From Octopus vulgaris (Eukaryota), in the NCBI GenBank assembly GCA_951406725.2, contig OX597829.1, positions 41,850,001 to 41,914,000 of the forward strand: a stretch of DNA of 64,000 nucleotides, read 5' to 3'. The translations under genes and the position numbers were made by a program. The number at the start of each line of letters is the position of its first letter. Position 1 is the first letter of the stretch. The notes beneath the pieces are model-generated. The model ran no database searches, was not told the DNA's origin, and saw only the letters and a list, made by a program, of their open reading frames with translations. Shown here one piece after another: positions 11,745 to 24,725 of this stretch.

Positions 11745-12552
11745 CGAATTTGCAGTCAGAAGTGGTCTCCTGTAAAAAGAAAGGACACTTTAGAAAATGC
11801 GGTCCCAGATACCTTATGCCTGGAAAATGAAATGAGATAGATATGGTAGGGAGTATCTTTGGATCATAGGTTACTTAATGCCATTCAAGTTCACCCAACG
11901 CCATCAGACCAATTCAATTATAAATTTCGTTCTCGTCCTCGGAAATATCGATTCTAAGTCAAGGAATAGACAACTTCGTTTAAAATAGTTTAAAAGTGAG
12001 TTCCCTTAATAGACCAAGGGAAATAACTCATTTTAATAATTTTCCTCAAGTATGAAGGGAAACAACTCGAAAAATTACTTCCCCTAACTTTTAAAGGGAA
12101 ATAACTTCAAGAGTTCTTGGTCTTTTAAGGGAAATATCTCTATTAAGTTTTTACTTTCGAAATTTTTTTTAATTACAGTGAAAGCCGATATTACGTATGT
12201 TACTGTAAAATCAAAGTACAAAGTGTTACCGTCTACTATGCGATCATGATTTTGGGGCCTAAGTGTTTTAAAATTCATATTGCCGTGTATAATATATCAC
12301 TACATGAATAAATATCTGGGTTTCAAATTTTGGCATAAGGCCAAAAAATATTGGAGGAGGGTGTAGGTCGCTTACATTGACCCCAGCGTATCATTGGTTC
12401 TTATTTTATCGACCCAGAAGAAATGAAAAGCAAATTCAGTTTCAGTGAAATTTGATCACACAACGTAAAGACGAACGAAACACGCTAATAGATAATATAT
12501 TAAAAACATTTAGTTTTAAATACTTCAGTTTACATATAAAAAAAATTATATA

Positions 12553-12850
12553 GGCGCAGGAGTGGCTGTGTGGTAAGTAGCTTGCTTACCAACCACATGG
12601 TTCCGGATTCAGTCCCACTGCGTGACACCTTCGGCAAGTGTCTTCTACTATAGCCTCGGGCTGACCAAAGCCTTGTGAGTGGATTTAGTAGACGGAAACT
12701 GAAAGAAGTCCGCCGTATATATGTGTTTGTGTTTGTGTGTGTGTGTTTGTCCCCCCCCCAACATCGCTTGACAACGTCCCCGTAGCCTAGCGGTTCGGAA
12801 AAAGAGACTGATAGAATAAGTACTGGGCTTACAAAGAATAAGACCTGAGG
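12553..12850 (+). mobile_element. SINE family A, 3' end cut off by a PLE fragment
   Basis: GGCGCAGGAGTGGCTGTGTGGTAAG head; CORE-like CACCTTCGGCAAGTGTCTT. Confidence 0.9.
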
Positions 12851-12908
12851 GAAAATTATACATAGAACCGGTCCCACATTATCCCTTTCTAGGTATTTCA
12901 TCTTTCAG

Positions 12909-14375
12909 ATGTTCTCCCTGGAGGTAAGACAATGCTTGCGCATCGTTTTTGACGATGAATTAACTAAAGCCAACTTCATAGACATTACCCCCAATTTGCA
13001 GAATAACTCATACTTCCCTTATCATAAACCTTCCACAAATCTTAAGTATATTAGCATTTTCAGTAATCATTCCAGGCCAATTACCGATAATTTAGTCAAA
13101 AACATATCTCTGAGACTGTCTAAATTACCTGCTAATGTTGACATCTTTAACCAAAAGGCAGACTTCTATAACGCCGCCTTGTTAAAAGCCGGTTATAAGG
13201 AGAAAGTGTCATACATCGATTCAGCTCATTCTAAACCAACATCTGCTTCTCCAGATAGAAAAGTTACTCGTAATAGGAATAATGATTTCAATTCTAATAA
13301 TGCCAGCAACCCTGTACTTAAAATAAATTCTTTACGGACTAGGGGAGGTAAGCGCCATTCAACCCCAAATTTTCAACCCAGAAAGTTTCACCTTACTATC
13401 ACAAATAACACTAAGAACAATTCAAATGCCACAAAAAACTGTATCTGGTTCGTAATACCTTTCGGAAAACAAATTAAATCGAACCTTCCCTTACAGTTCC
13501 GTGAAGCCGTTGCTAGGAACTTTCCCAGAAATTCTAGGTATCATTCTATTATCAATTCCCACATAGTCAGAATCGCCTTCTCTAACACTAGAAATCTTTC
13601 ACAAATTATATCTTCCCACAATATCAAGCTGCTAAACAAAGATTCTTCACCCGGGAGTTCCAACACTAATCTTGCTAATTCCAACCCATCGTACAATCAT
13701 AATAATAGGAATATTATTAATAGTAACAGCATGGGTAGCAGCGAAAGTGTTAACAATGATAATATTAATAATAGTATTAGTCGTGTTAATAACAATGGTA
13801 GTGTTGATGGTAATAACAATAACGGTATTATTGTCGGTGGTATTACTGATTGTATTACCTTTAATAATACTAATAATAATAATAGAAATAGTGTAGTTGT
13901 TGGCGCTAATAATAATAGTAACAACAATCATAACAATAAAAACTTCGTTTCGATCTCGGAGGACAACCCCAACAGAATAAAATTTTTGTCTAGTAATTCT
14001 AAGATTAAGAATTCTATTTACCAGTGTAGAATTTCTTCCGGTACCGATGTCTTCTTCTATATAGGAGCGTCCACTTCCCAGTTATCCAAGAGAAGTTCAA
14101 ACCATTATTCAACATTCAGGGATAGTAAAAAACGACATAGTACAGGGCTAAGTAAATTAGTTTTGCGTCTTAAAGACAACAATATAAATTTCAAGTTAGA
14201 TTGGTTCATACTGTCTGTATCCTTTCCTTTTGATAAGGGCAGGAGATTTTGTAACATTTGCAACTCTGAACTCTTCCATATTCTCTTCTCTAAGGTTCCC
14301 CTTGTAAACACACTCATAGAAAAATCATACAAATGTAAACACTGGCAGAAACATACTTTCTACTCATATAAATGA
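12909..14375 (+). pseudogene. 5'-truncated Penelope-like element ORF (RT thumb plus GIY-YIG endonuclease, Naiad-like)
   Basis: ANFIDIT.NL...YFPYHKP...YI...SNH (RT thumb); SIYQC...FYIGAS...KRSSNH.STF...TGLSK...W.IL...CNICNSE...CKH (GIY-YIG with Cys/His motif). The RT catalytic core is absent. Confidence 0.9.
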
Positions 14376-14653
14376 TAACGATAGTTACTGTGGTTTGAAC
14401 AATTAGCTTCACGTCCACCCCACTTCAATAGCGAAATTCTTTCCTAAGCCTTTCAACACTCTTTCAATCAACGTACCCTTCCCTCTCCACTTGTTCCCTA
14501 CCTATTATTCCTTTAACCCTTCTCTTCCTACTATCTATCTTTGACGTCAATTCTTCTTACGGTTTTTTTTAAAAACACTCATTATCGCTTTGTTTACCAT
14601 GTAGGCAGTCATCGTAATTTTTGCTTGTCTTGTTGTCGAGAGAGGCTCCCTTT

Positions 14654-14735
14654 CTTTCCTGATGAGAAGATTGCATAATGCACCCTTTATTCCTTTGGAA
14701 TGAAAACATGCTGTCTTCGAAACATATGTCGAGAG
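14654..14735 (+). ncRNA. Type I hammerhead ribozyme in the PLE pseudo-LTR
   Basis: CTTTC CTGATGA GAAGA...TCTTC GAAAC ATAT GTC GAGAG; palindromic stem III ACATATGT; predicted cleavage after 14730. Confidence 0.85.
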
Positions 14736-14970
14736 TAAAAGAATTTTGTTAACATCTTCGTTCGACTCCATTCTTTCATTTATTCATATACAACACACAA
14801 ATTTCTGCACATGAACCCGGAGTTTCTACCCTTGGACAGGTCGCTTCAACCGTGTTTCTGACGTGAATTTGCTACCCAGGTTTCGGTTAAACGAATTTTC
14901 CATGCTGACGATAAACATAGGATAATTCATTCACCTATTTAAATATATATATATATATGTGTGTGTGTGT

Positions 14971-15339
14971 GGAAACACTCCGTCGGTTACGACGACGAGG
15001 GTTCCGGTTGATCCGATCAACGGAACAGCCTGCTCGTGAAATTAACGTGTAAGTGGCTGAGCACTCCACAGACACGTGTACCCTTAACGTAGGTCTCGGG
15101 GATATTCAGCGTGACACAGAGAGTGACAAGGCCGGCCCTTTGAAATACAGGTACAACAGAAACAGGAAGTAAGAGTGAGAGAAAGTTGTGGTGAAAGAGT
15201 ACAGCAGGGATCACCACCATCCCCTGCCGGAGCCTCGTGGAGCTTTAGGTGTTTTCGCTCAATAAACACTCACAACGCCCGGTCTGGGAATCGAAACCGC
15301 GAGTCCGCTGCCCTAACCACTAGGCCATTGCGCCTCCAC
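14971..15339 (-). mobile_element. SINE family C
   Basis: Near-identical to 28402-28750 and 45963-46330. Confidence 0.9.
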
Positions 15340-15563
15340 ATCCGGTAATCATGAGCCTGATTAAACAGTTGATGCAACTGTTCCTTGTGGAATGATTGAA
15401 CATTAAGAATATGATGACCGGTCAAACCTGAGTGAGCAGGAGGTGTGAACAAGTATGGAGCAGGTTGAGCAACAGCCTGGTCTTTCTTGGCCAGAAGATC
15501 GTTACAAGGCAACGCACTTCCAGTATACTCTCTGAGGATAGGTTCGTGATGATAAACAGTCAA
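15340..15563 (-). pseudogene. CAD: Isolated CAD coding fragment (linker plus start of aspartate transcarbamylase domain)
   Basis: HSGLTGHHILNVQSFHKEQLHQLFNQAHDYRM matches the remembered metazoan CAD motif [31 protein letters not shown]. It is cut at the SINE with no splice donor; no other CAD exons were seen. Confidence 0.8.
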
Positions 15564-15752
15564 GTACCCTGACCTCCTAATATGCTGCAGATCCTTTATT
15601 TTGGTTCAGAAAAAGGAGGTGAGAGGGGGATATATTTAATAACGAACTATATAATTCATACTCTGGAAAATTTATTTCTGTAAAATGTTCTTTTTTCTTA
15701 AACACTCAGGATATAGTCTATAAATTTAGGATGTTTTTGAAAGATACTATAT

Positions 15753-16855
15753 TGCTATGAATGGTTCGGCTGGTGCAGTATTTCTTGACCCACTTTGTTG
15801 GGAGTGGCGCCTGCAAGTCTGGAATAAAAAGCTACAGCCCTTTGTTTACTGGAAGAGTAATGGCTTTTGGAGGGACCTTTGGCCTTGTGCCGGTCGATTA
15901 GGGGTCAGAGAGATGTGAGGGCCGAGGAAGATAGAGTAAGGTAGAATCTAGTGACAGTGAAGAAGAGGAAGAAGAAAGTAGTGAGAAAGACAGAGTGAGG
16001 GATCTGAGAGCTGTCATGAGAGAATGACAGTGACAGCGTCGATATAGATAGGCAGATAGGGCTGAGAGCAGATAGAGAGGATATTAATGTGCAGAGACAG
16101 ATTGAGGGTAGTGATAGAGGACGGTCGGTATTCGGTCGTCAAAGCGAACAGTCGGTTTTTGGGAGTCGAGGCGAGCGGTTGGAATTTAAGCAGTCGGCGG
16201 TCTTGGAGTATTGGGACAGAGAGAGATATATACAGAGGAATAGGCGGCGATGGAGATGAGGTACAATATGAGGCGTTGGCTAATGTAAGGTACGTGAATT
16301 GTGTATTGATATGTGAAGAAAAAGAAGGACAAGGAATCGATGTATTGAACAGTGAAAAGAAATGAGACAATAAAAAGGAATTTAATGAACAATGTGAATT
16401 GTGTAAAGACATTGTGTACAGTGTTGTAATTTGAACATTGTATAATGAACATTGAACTGTTAGGCCTTTAATGTCCTTCGAACTGTATATGCCTTTAATG
16501 TGTTTTGAAATAAAACTGTGTCTTCGGACGTGTACTCTTGAAATGCTGATATACCTGTATTGATTTGTTGTTTCCTTTAAATGCTTTGATCTGTGGTATA
16601 CCCGTATGATGTATTGAGTTGTTACTTGCATGTCCTCTTTTAAATGTATTTGATGTTGTAACAATTGATTGTCATATAAACTAGTTGTTAAATGTAAGCC
16701 AGTTGTGCCTTGCCTCTTTGTGTCTCTCTCGGTTGCCTCTGTATCTCTTCGTGCTGCTGCTGCTGTTGTTGCTGTATCTCTCTCTCTTCTCCGACGAGTT
16801 TCCGTGGCGAAAACATTCGCTGATCGACCGAGCGACGGCAGGTGATTCCGTAACA
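15753..16855 (+). mobile_element. Probable solo LTR (Gypsy-like)
   Basis: TG...CA ends (TGCTATGA...CCGTAACA, imperfect inverted termini); 4-bp TSD ATAT at 15749-15752 and 16856-16859; AATAAA near 16508 followed by a pyrimidine-rich U5-like region. Confidence 0.6.
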
Positions 16856-17000
16856 ATATTTTATCATTAGAATATATATACTTTCTCGCACAACAATTAA
16901 GATATATTTATTTTAAATCGTTCATCTTTCTCCCGCTCTCACACACAAAAATTAGTTTGAGCGCGATTTTTATTTATTTAATTTTTTATTTGCGCCTCCA

Positions 17001-17087
<87 letters not shown>

Positions 17088-17112
17088 GATACATACATAT
17101 ATATATATATAG

Positions 17113-17188
<76 letters not shown>

Positions 17189-17216
17189 GACTAAAGGCGG
17201 TGCTCCAGCATGGCCG

Positions 17217-20096
17217 CAGAAATACACATGCCGCAATATGCAGTCATACGCTCAGATAGAAAAGGGAGGAGCCATGCTGGAGTTGCAATGTACATCCGAG
17301 ATAACTTCACACCCCAGGTCCTGTTGTCATATTCAAACTCAGTGTGTGACACTCAAATTGTACACATAAGACAACTGAATATCCTCATATGCACTACATA
17401 TCGCCCACCAGATGCCCCAAAACACTCAGGCATGTTTGAAGACTGCCTAACAAAAATAGGAGAAGTCCTCACCAATCTTGAACAACACAACAGTGTATTC
17501 TTCATGGATGACTTTAACTTCCCCAATGTAGAATGGCCTGGGGGGCAGATGCTCTCAGGGATGACACACCATCAGCAGGCACAAGCAGAGTCCCTGCTCC
17601 ATCTCACAAATGCCTCTTTCATGGAGCAAATAGTTCTGCAACCAACAAGGGCAGATAATATACTGGATCTCTGCTTCACAAACAATATGGATATTATCCA
17701 TAATGTTAAAGTGATGCCGACAATGATCTCGGATCATATCATAATAGAGCTGTCTATGTATGGACCAAAAGCCCCCGTAGACACACAGCCTATATGAAGC
17801 ATCTACCCATCTCTCCAACTTAAACTTTCATAAAGCAAACTGGAAGTTGATTGAGAAAGAGATCCTCAAACAGGATTGGCCTAAATGTCTCTCCACGCCG
17901 GACATTAACATGAAACACAAACACTTCATGTCCATAATACAGGCCATATGTGAAAAATATGTCCCAGTGTGCAGGGCCAGTACACACAAAAACAAAAACA
18001 GGATCCCTAGAGAAAGGAAGATTCTTATGAGACGACGGACAAGGATTGCGAACCGCCTGAGCAAGCACATCAAAAGTGGTGAGAATTCTCGGCTCGAGAC
18101 AATGCTAATGGAAATTGAGAAAAGTCTGCATCAATCCCATGAAAAGGAGAGAACAGATAAAGAAGCTTGGGTAATAGAAAATATAAAATCAAACCCTAAA
18201 GCTTTCTTTAAGTTTGCCAAAGAGACAGCCACAGTGCACCAGAGAATAGGACCTCTCTTCCAAAAAGGAAACCCCACGAAGATAAGTGAAATACTGAACG
18301 AACAATTCCAAAGTGTGTTCACTACACCTCTAGGACACAGGCAAGTAAACAACCCAGAAGAATTCTTTGCCACTTTACCTGCGGCTAAAGAGGCAAAAAT
18401 TGAGTACATCAACATTGAAAATGATGATATCACACTAGCCATAGATGAGATTGACACAAACTCAGCTGCTGGACCTGATGGATTTCCTGCGATCCTTCTC
18501 AAATCGTGCAAACGAGCCCTTACAAAACCGCTACAGCTTCTTTTTCAGAGCTTTCTTGCAAGTGGTAAGCTCCCAGTCAAATTGAAAGAGGGGGTAATAT
18601 GCCCTATCTATAAGGGAGGTAGCAGAGCAGATGCTAAAAATTATAGGCCTATCTCTCTGACCTCACACATCAGCAGAGTCATGGAACGAATAGTCCGCAA
18701 GAAACTAATCATGTTCCTTGAAGAAAATGACTTGCTGTCTGACACCCAGCATGGATTTCGACCAGGTAGAAGCTGCCTAACACAGCTCCTGCAACACTAT
18801 GACTGGGTGTTAAAACAGCTACTAAATGGCTCAAATGTGGATGTAATATATCTCGACTTTGCAAAAGCCTTTGATAAAGTCGACCATTGTATGATCTGTC
18901 ACAAACTGCGTGGTCTCGGCATAGGCGGAAAACTTGGAGAGTGGCTGTACAACTTCCTAAAAGACAAAAGACAGGCAGTTGTGAGCTATGGAGCCACCTC
19001 CAAGGAAACACAAATAACAAGCGGTGTTCCACAGGGCACTGTCTTGGGGCCACTGCTGTTCATAGTGGCCCTTTCAGACATGCCCTCAGTTGCTACGATG
19101 GCCACCCTTGCTAGCTATGCAGATGACACAAAAGTCTCCCACACAATACAAAACCCTGAAAATATTGCGCATCTGCAACAGGAGTTGGATACAATATACA
19201 GGTGGGCTGAGGACAACAACATGCAGTTTAATGCAGGTAAGTTTCAGGCCCTGCGCTACCTGCACGCAAAGGTAAACGACGTGCAGACTAGATACACTGG
19301 CCCAGGAAGAATTGCAATCCCTGAGTCAAAATCAGTGCGTGACCTGGGCATTGACATGAGCAATGATGCATCTTTCCAAGTGCATATTACTAATCTGGTG
19401 ATAAAATGCAGACGGCTAGCTGGATGGATTCTCCGAACTTTCAGAACAAGAGAGAAGGAGACACTGATGGTCCTGTGGAAAACTTTCGTCCTCAGCCGCT
19501 TGGACTACTATGGTCACCACACAATATAAAACTAACAGCAGAACTCGAAGCAATTCAAAGAAGCTACACAAAGAAGATCGTCTCAATGCAAAATATCAGC
19601 TACTGGGAAAGACTGAAAGTATTAAACCTCTTCTCCCTGGAGCGAAGGCGGGAGAGATATGCGGTGATGTACGTCTGGAAGATCCTGGAGGGTCTTTCTC
19701 CCAAACTTTGGCATTCAAAGTTACCCCAACCGCAGAACGGGGCGCCACTGCATGGTGCCAAAGATTCCAACATCACTATCAAAATACAGGTCCAGATACT
19801 GTAACAGCTTGGGTTTCAGAGGACCATAGCTCTTTAATATCCTCCCTAAATGCCTGAGAGACTTACATGGTGTGGATGTGGGTTTCTTTAAAACTAAACT
19901 GAATCTCTTCTTGTCGGGGGTCCCAGATGAACATACCTCACGACAGGAGACACAGATGCGGGCAGCGGCATCGAACTCCCTTGTTGATCAAGTGCCACGT
20001 ATCAGAGGTGGATTCACATATTAGTGTAGCTCATTCAGCGGTAGTGCCCCAGCATGGCCGCGGCCTTCGGGCTGAAACATTTTTAAGGATTTAAGG

Positions 20097-20100
<4 letters not shown>
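17217..20100 (+). mobile_element. CR1-type LINE (APE plus RT), 5'-truncated, few disabling mutations
   Basis: YRPP, DFNFP, LDL and SDH (APE); NYRPISLTS, QHGFR, YLDFAKAFDKV, SGVPQGTVLGP and YADD (RT); 3' tail (TTTAAGGA)n. Confidence 0.95.
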
Positions 20101-20138
<38 letters not shown>

Positions 20139-20140
<2 letters not shown>

Positions 20141-20300
20141 TGTGTTTACGTCCCCGTCACTTAGCGGTTCGGCAAAGAGACCGATAGAATAAGTACTAGG
20201 CTTACAAAGAATAAGTTCCGGGGTCGATTTGCTCTACTAAAGGCAGTGCTCCAGCATGGCCGCAGTCATATGACTGAAACATGTAAAAGAATAAAAAAAA
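20139..20300 (+). mobile_element. SINE family A, 3' half
   Basis: Matches the 3' half of the full copies. Confidence 0.85.
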
Positions 20301-20327
20301 GAGTATATATATATATATATATATATA

Positions 20328-20519
20328 GACCTCGTGAGTACCGCTGGCGATTTTTTTCCTCTGTCTTCCCTTCTCGGGATCTTTCCTTCTCCTATGTTTC
20401 CGACGAAGAGCTCCGCTCGACGTTAATCCCTCCTTCTTTCCTTCTTTCCTGAGCGTCCAATAATACTTTATTTGTTCCACGTCCTCGCGTTGTGTTTTTT
20501 TGTGTTTTCTTGTTTGGAT

Positions 20520-20524
<5 letters not shown>
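20328..20524 (+). mobile_element. PLE-type terminal fragment in (TA)n with broken hammerhead
   Basis: Near-identical to 27457-27661, but GAAAC is reduced to GAC at about 20419. Confidence 0.75.
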
Positions 20525-20583
<59 letters not shown>

Positions 20584-20598
20584 TATACATATATATAT

Positions 20599-20678
<80 letters not shown>

Positions 20679-20698
20679 CATATACATACATACATATA

Positions 20699-23600
20699 GC
20701 GAGACAGATTGTGTTTGCACAGGGATTGCCCCTTTACCCATCTCCCGGGGACTCGTCGGACAAATGATAATAAAAATGAAAACTAGAAACAAAAAAACCT
20801 ACGACTCATATAAAAATAACCACAACCACAGTCACCTACAGTTCCCTAGACAGGAAACTTCTTCTTTCTCTTTTTTAGCTATAATGAATCTAGCAAAAGA
20901 ACTGGAAAAAAACATCCGAGCTATCACCCACCACCATCCACCAGTATCACCCCACTGCACATGTCATTAGAAAGCAAACAAATAAACAAAACACCAAAAC
21001 AATTAAAATCATCCACTCTCGCCTCAACATTTTTGCTTAATGCCCAAGGCATCAGCCCTTCCCCCAATACTCAAAAATGGAAGATAAAATTCCTGGAGGA
21101 CTGGGTCGATGCCCATCCAAACCACATCCCTTTCTTCGTCCTCACTGAAACCCATCTTAGTAACCTCCACTTGGAAGCCGAGGTGAAAGTGAAAAATTTC
21201 AAAGCCATTCATGCTGATCGCGCTGGCAGAAGAAAGGGTGGGACTGCCATTTATGTTCATGATACATTCTCAACAGAGGCTATGAACATATTTCCAATGG
21301 ATACTGCGAAGCAGTCGCTGTATTCAGTCAAACCAACAACTTAACAGTAGTTGGGCGCTACAGACCACCCCAAACGCCCCTACCATGCTTCAAGGAATGC
21401 CTCAACAACATAAAGTGTTTCATTCAGCAGTGTCAACCTTCCCGGGGTTGACTGGTCTACAAACAGTCTGCCGCCAGGTCCTTCTCTCTCAAACCCTGAC
21501 AGGGAGGCAGTGGAATCGCTTCTTGACTTCATGGATGATTTCTTCCTGTCCCAACTGGTGTTCGAACCAACGAGATGTCACAAAAACGTCCTAGACTTAA
21601 TTTTCAGCAATCACACTGATTCTATCCACAATATTGCAGTGGAGAAAACCCTACTCTCCGATCATGACATGGTTCTCTGTGATCTGAGATTTCACCGGCC
21701 AAAATGCAAAACAAATGTCATCCCTCCTGTTCATCCATTTGACACTATGGATTTCCACAATGCAAACTGGGAAGCGATCAGTAATGATCTTGCACAAGTC
21801 GATTGGTCCTTCACGCACACATACACACCCACTAACATCAAAAACATCAAAAAGTCCTGGCAGTCATTTGTAGACACCATCACGAACATATGTGCAAAAC
21901 ACACCCCATTAAGATCTGCAAACAAATCTAAGTGTCGAATCCCTAGAAATAGAAAATCTCTCATCAGGAAAATTAAAAGAATTAACAAAAAAATCAACAA
22001 GCTGAAATACTCTCAACAAGCAACACACCAACCTGACTGCCATCTCGTCGCTAGAGATTAAAAAACATAAACTCCAAAACAACATGATGTCTATCATCAA
22101 TAGTCAGAGAAGAGCTGAAGAGGCCTGGGCCATTGAGAAGATCAAACTCAATCCCAAATTATTCTTTTCATTTGCAAAAAAACAGAGTCACTGGTTCTAC
22201 TGTTGGCCCCCTGATTGATGAAAATGGTACTCTTCAAGACAATGCCAAAACCATGGGAGAGATATTGCAGAAACAATATTGCTCTGTTTTCAGCAATCCT
22301 GATATGACTGATCTGGGCTGTATCAATGATGTTACTCCCCAATACACTTTATCGGACATAACCTTTGGCGTTCCTGATGTCTTAGCAGCAATAAAGGAAA
22401 TGAAGCATAATTCAGCAGTAGGTCCCGATAGGTTCCCTGCTTGTGTCTTGAAGATGTGTCAACCAACTTGCACCCCCTCTAGCCAATCTGTGGCGGAACT
22501 CACTGGATGCTGGATATATACCAGAAGACCTTCTATCCCAGTCTGTTGTCCCAGTTTTCAAAAAAGAAAACAAATCGCTTGCCGTGAATTACCGTCCAAT
22601 CTCACTCACCTCTCATATCATTAAGGTATTTGAGAGAGTGCTGAGATCGCGTATGACTCACTTCCTTGAGAGTCATAATATGCTGAACTCCAACCAGCAT
22701 GGATTCCATAATGGAAGGGATTGCCTGACGCAGCTACTGCATCATTTTGATGACATTTTGAGAGCCTTGGGAGAGGGTTCCAACACTGATGTCATCTACC
22801 TTGATTTTTGCAAGGCCTTTGACAGGGTTGATCATAAGATCCTTTTGAGAAAGCTGTCCAATATTGGTATCACTGGAAAGCTGCTGAAGTGGATCAAGTG
22901 CTTCCTGTCTAACAGAACCCAACATCTTGTAGTTGAAGGAGTCAAATCCAGTCCAGCCAAAGTTAGTAATGGTGTCCCACAAGGCACTGTGTTGGGCTCA
23001 CTTCTCTTCATCATCTGCATTAATGATATTACTAACACCATCAAACACAGTAACATCAGAACCTTCGCTGATGATTCCAAGCTCCAAAAGGTCATCAATG
23101 GCGTGGATGACCGAATAAGCCTTCAGTCAGACCTACTGGCTGGTGTTCAATGGGCGGAAAAGAACAACATGTTGCTAAACGAAGATAAATTCGAACTGAT
23201 CCACTTTGGAAGGGAGGACGCTCTGAAACTCCCATACTCCCTTCCTTCTGGAGAAATTCTCATGGCGTCTAACAACATCAGAGACTTGGGAGTAACAGTG
23301 GACAACAACATAAGCTGGGCTACACATATAAGCAGCAAAGTTGACATGGCCCGCAGAATGTGTTCCTGGATTCTCAGAACCTTCCAGTCGAGAGATTCCC
23401 ACACCATTATCCTTCTCTTCTCCACTTCTGCCCGACCCCACCTTGAATACTGCTGTCCACTGTGGTCTCTCTACACGAAACAAAGTATTATGAGAATTGA
23501 AGCTCCCCAAAGGTCAATCACAAAAAAGATAGATGGCATGTCAGACCTCGACTACTGCGGTAGACTAGAGAAGCTGAAATTGTATTCACTCCAACGACGC

Positions 23601-24037
23601 CGTGAACGCTACATTATCTGTATGATGTGGAAAATATACCATTAGCACTGTCCGAATGATGTTGGCATCACCTTCAAAATACATCCAAGGCTTGGACCAC
23701 GTGCCATCCGTCCACAACAAAAATCTAAATCGCATCTCATAACAACAATACGGCACAATTATTTCACCTCAATTGGACCCGCTCTCTTCAACATTACACC
23801 AGGACACGTCAAAACAGAAACTGACCACACAAAATTCAAGAAGTCTTTGGACAAATTCCTTCAAACAGTCCCGGACAAACCACCCACACCCGGATATGTC
23901 TCCGCAAACAATAACTCTCTGCTCGAATGGGCCTCGGTGCCCAAGTCCTGAATTGAAAGACTTCGCCAGGTGGTGCTATTAAGTTAGACATGGCCTGGGC
24001 CAATACTGGCTAAAACCTTTCTAAGTTATTTCTAAGT

Positions 24038-24039
<2 letters not shown>
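20699..24039 (+). mobile_element. Second CR1-type LINE (end of ORF1 plus frameshifted ORF2)
   Basis: [20 protein letters not shown] (CCCH-like ORF1 end); LTETHL, LDLIF, SDH; NYRPISLTS, YLDFCKAFDRV, GVPQG, FADD; tail (TTTCTAAGTTA)2. Confidence 0.93.
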
Positions 24040-24135
<96 letters not shown>

Positions 24136-24294
24136 CATATATATATATAACTTAGAAATAACTTCTTACTTTTTTACTTTTTCCCTTCTTCCTTTTGCGC
24201 TTTTTAACCTTCCACGTTTTCTACACGTGTCTTTTTTTAACTTTTCACGTTTCTTCTTTTGTTCGTTATAATATGTGGTTTGTACCTGGTGGAT

Positions 24295-24337
24295 ATGTTT
24301 GAGGAATTTCTCAATATATGAAACTACTAGTAGACAT
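24295..24337 (+). ncRNA. Degenerate hammerhead motif
   Basis: ATGTT TGAGGA AT...AT GAAAC TACTA GTA GACAT; C3 is missing. Confidence 0.45.
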
Positions 24338-24388
24338 ATAAACATGTATTGTGTTTATTAAATAATATACATACATACATGCATACAT

Positions 24389-24425
<37 letters not shown>

Positions 24426-24426
24426 C

Positions 24427-24457
<31 letters not shown>

Positions 24458-24544
24458 TGTATGTATGTATGTATGTATGTATGTATGTATGTATGCATGT
24501 ATGTATGTATGCATGCATGCATGTATGTATGTATGTATGTTTGA

Positions 24545-24624
<80 letters not shown>

Positions 24625-24682
24625 TTCGAGACAAAACCACTATTTTGCAAAACAAATTAAAACAGATTAGGAGATCGAAAAC

Positions 24683-24725
24683 CCACCTGACGAATGTCAT
24701 TGAAGACATGAAACGATTGTAGTGG
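24683..24725 (+). ncRNA. Minimal type I hammerhead ribozyme
   Basis: CCAC CTGACGA ATGTC attgaa GACAT GAAAC gatt GTA GTGG: canonical core with all three stems. It lies between inverted repeats at about 24615-24657 and 24778-24821. Confidence 0.9.

Noticed and set aside
12909-14450. Selenoprotein/SECIS, as reported for some Naiad PLEs
   Set aside because: No in-frame TGA in either PLE ORF and no convincing SECIS fold downstream.
16014-16856. 280-aa minus-strand ORF as a novel or viral gene
   Set aside because: It coincides with the probable solo LTR, starts at its terminus, has biased composition and shows no recognisable motif.
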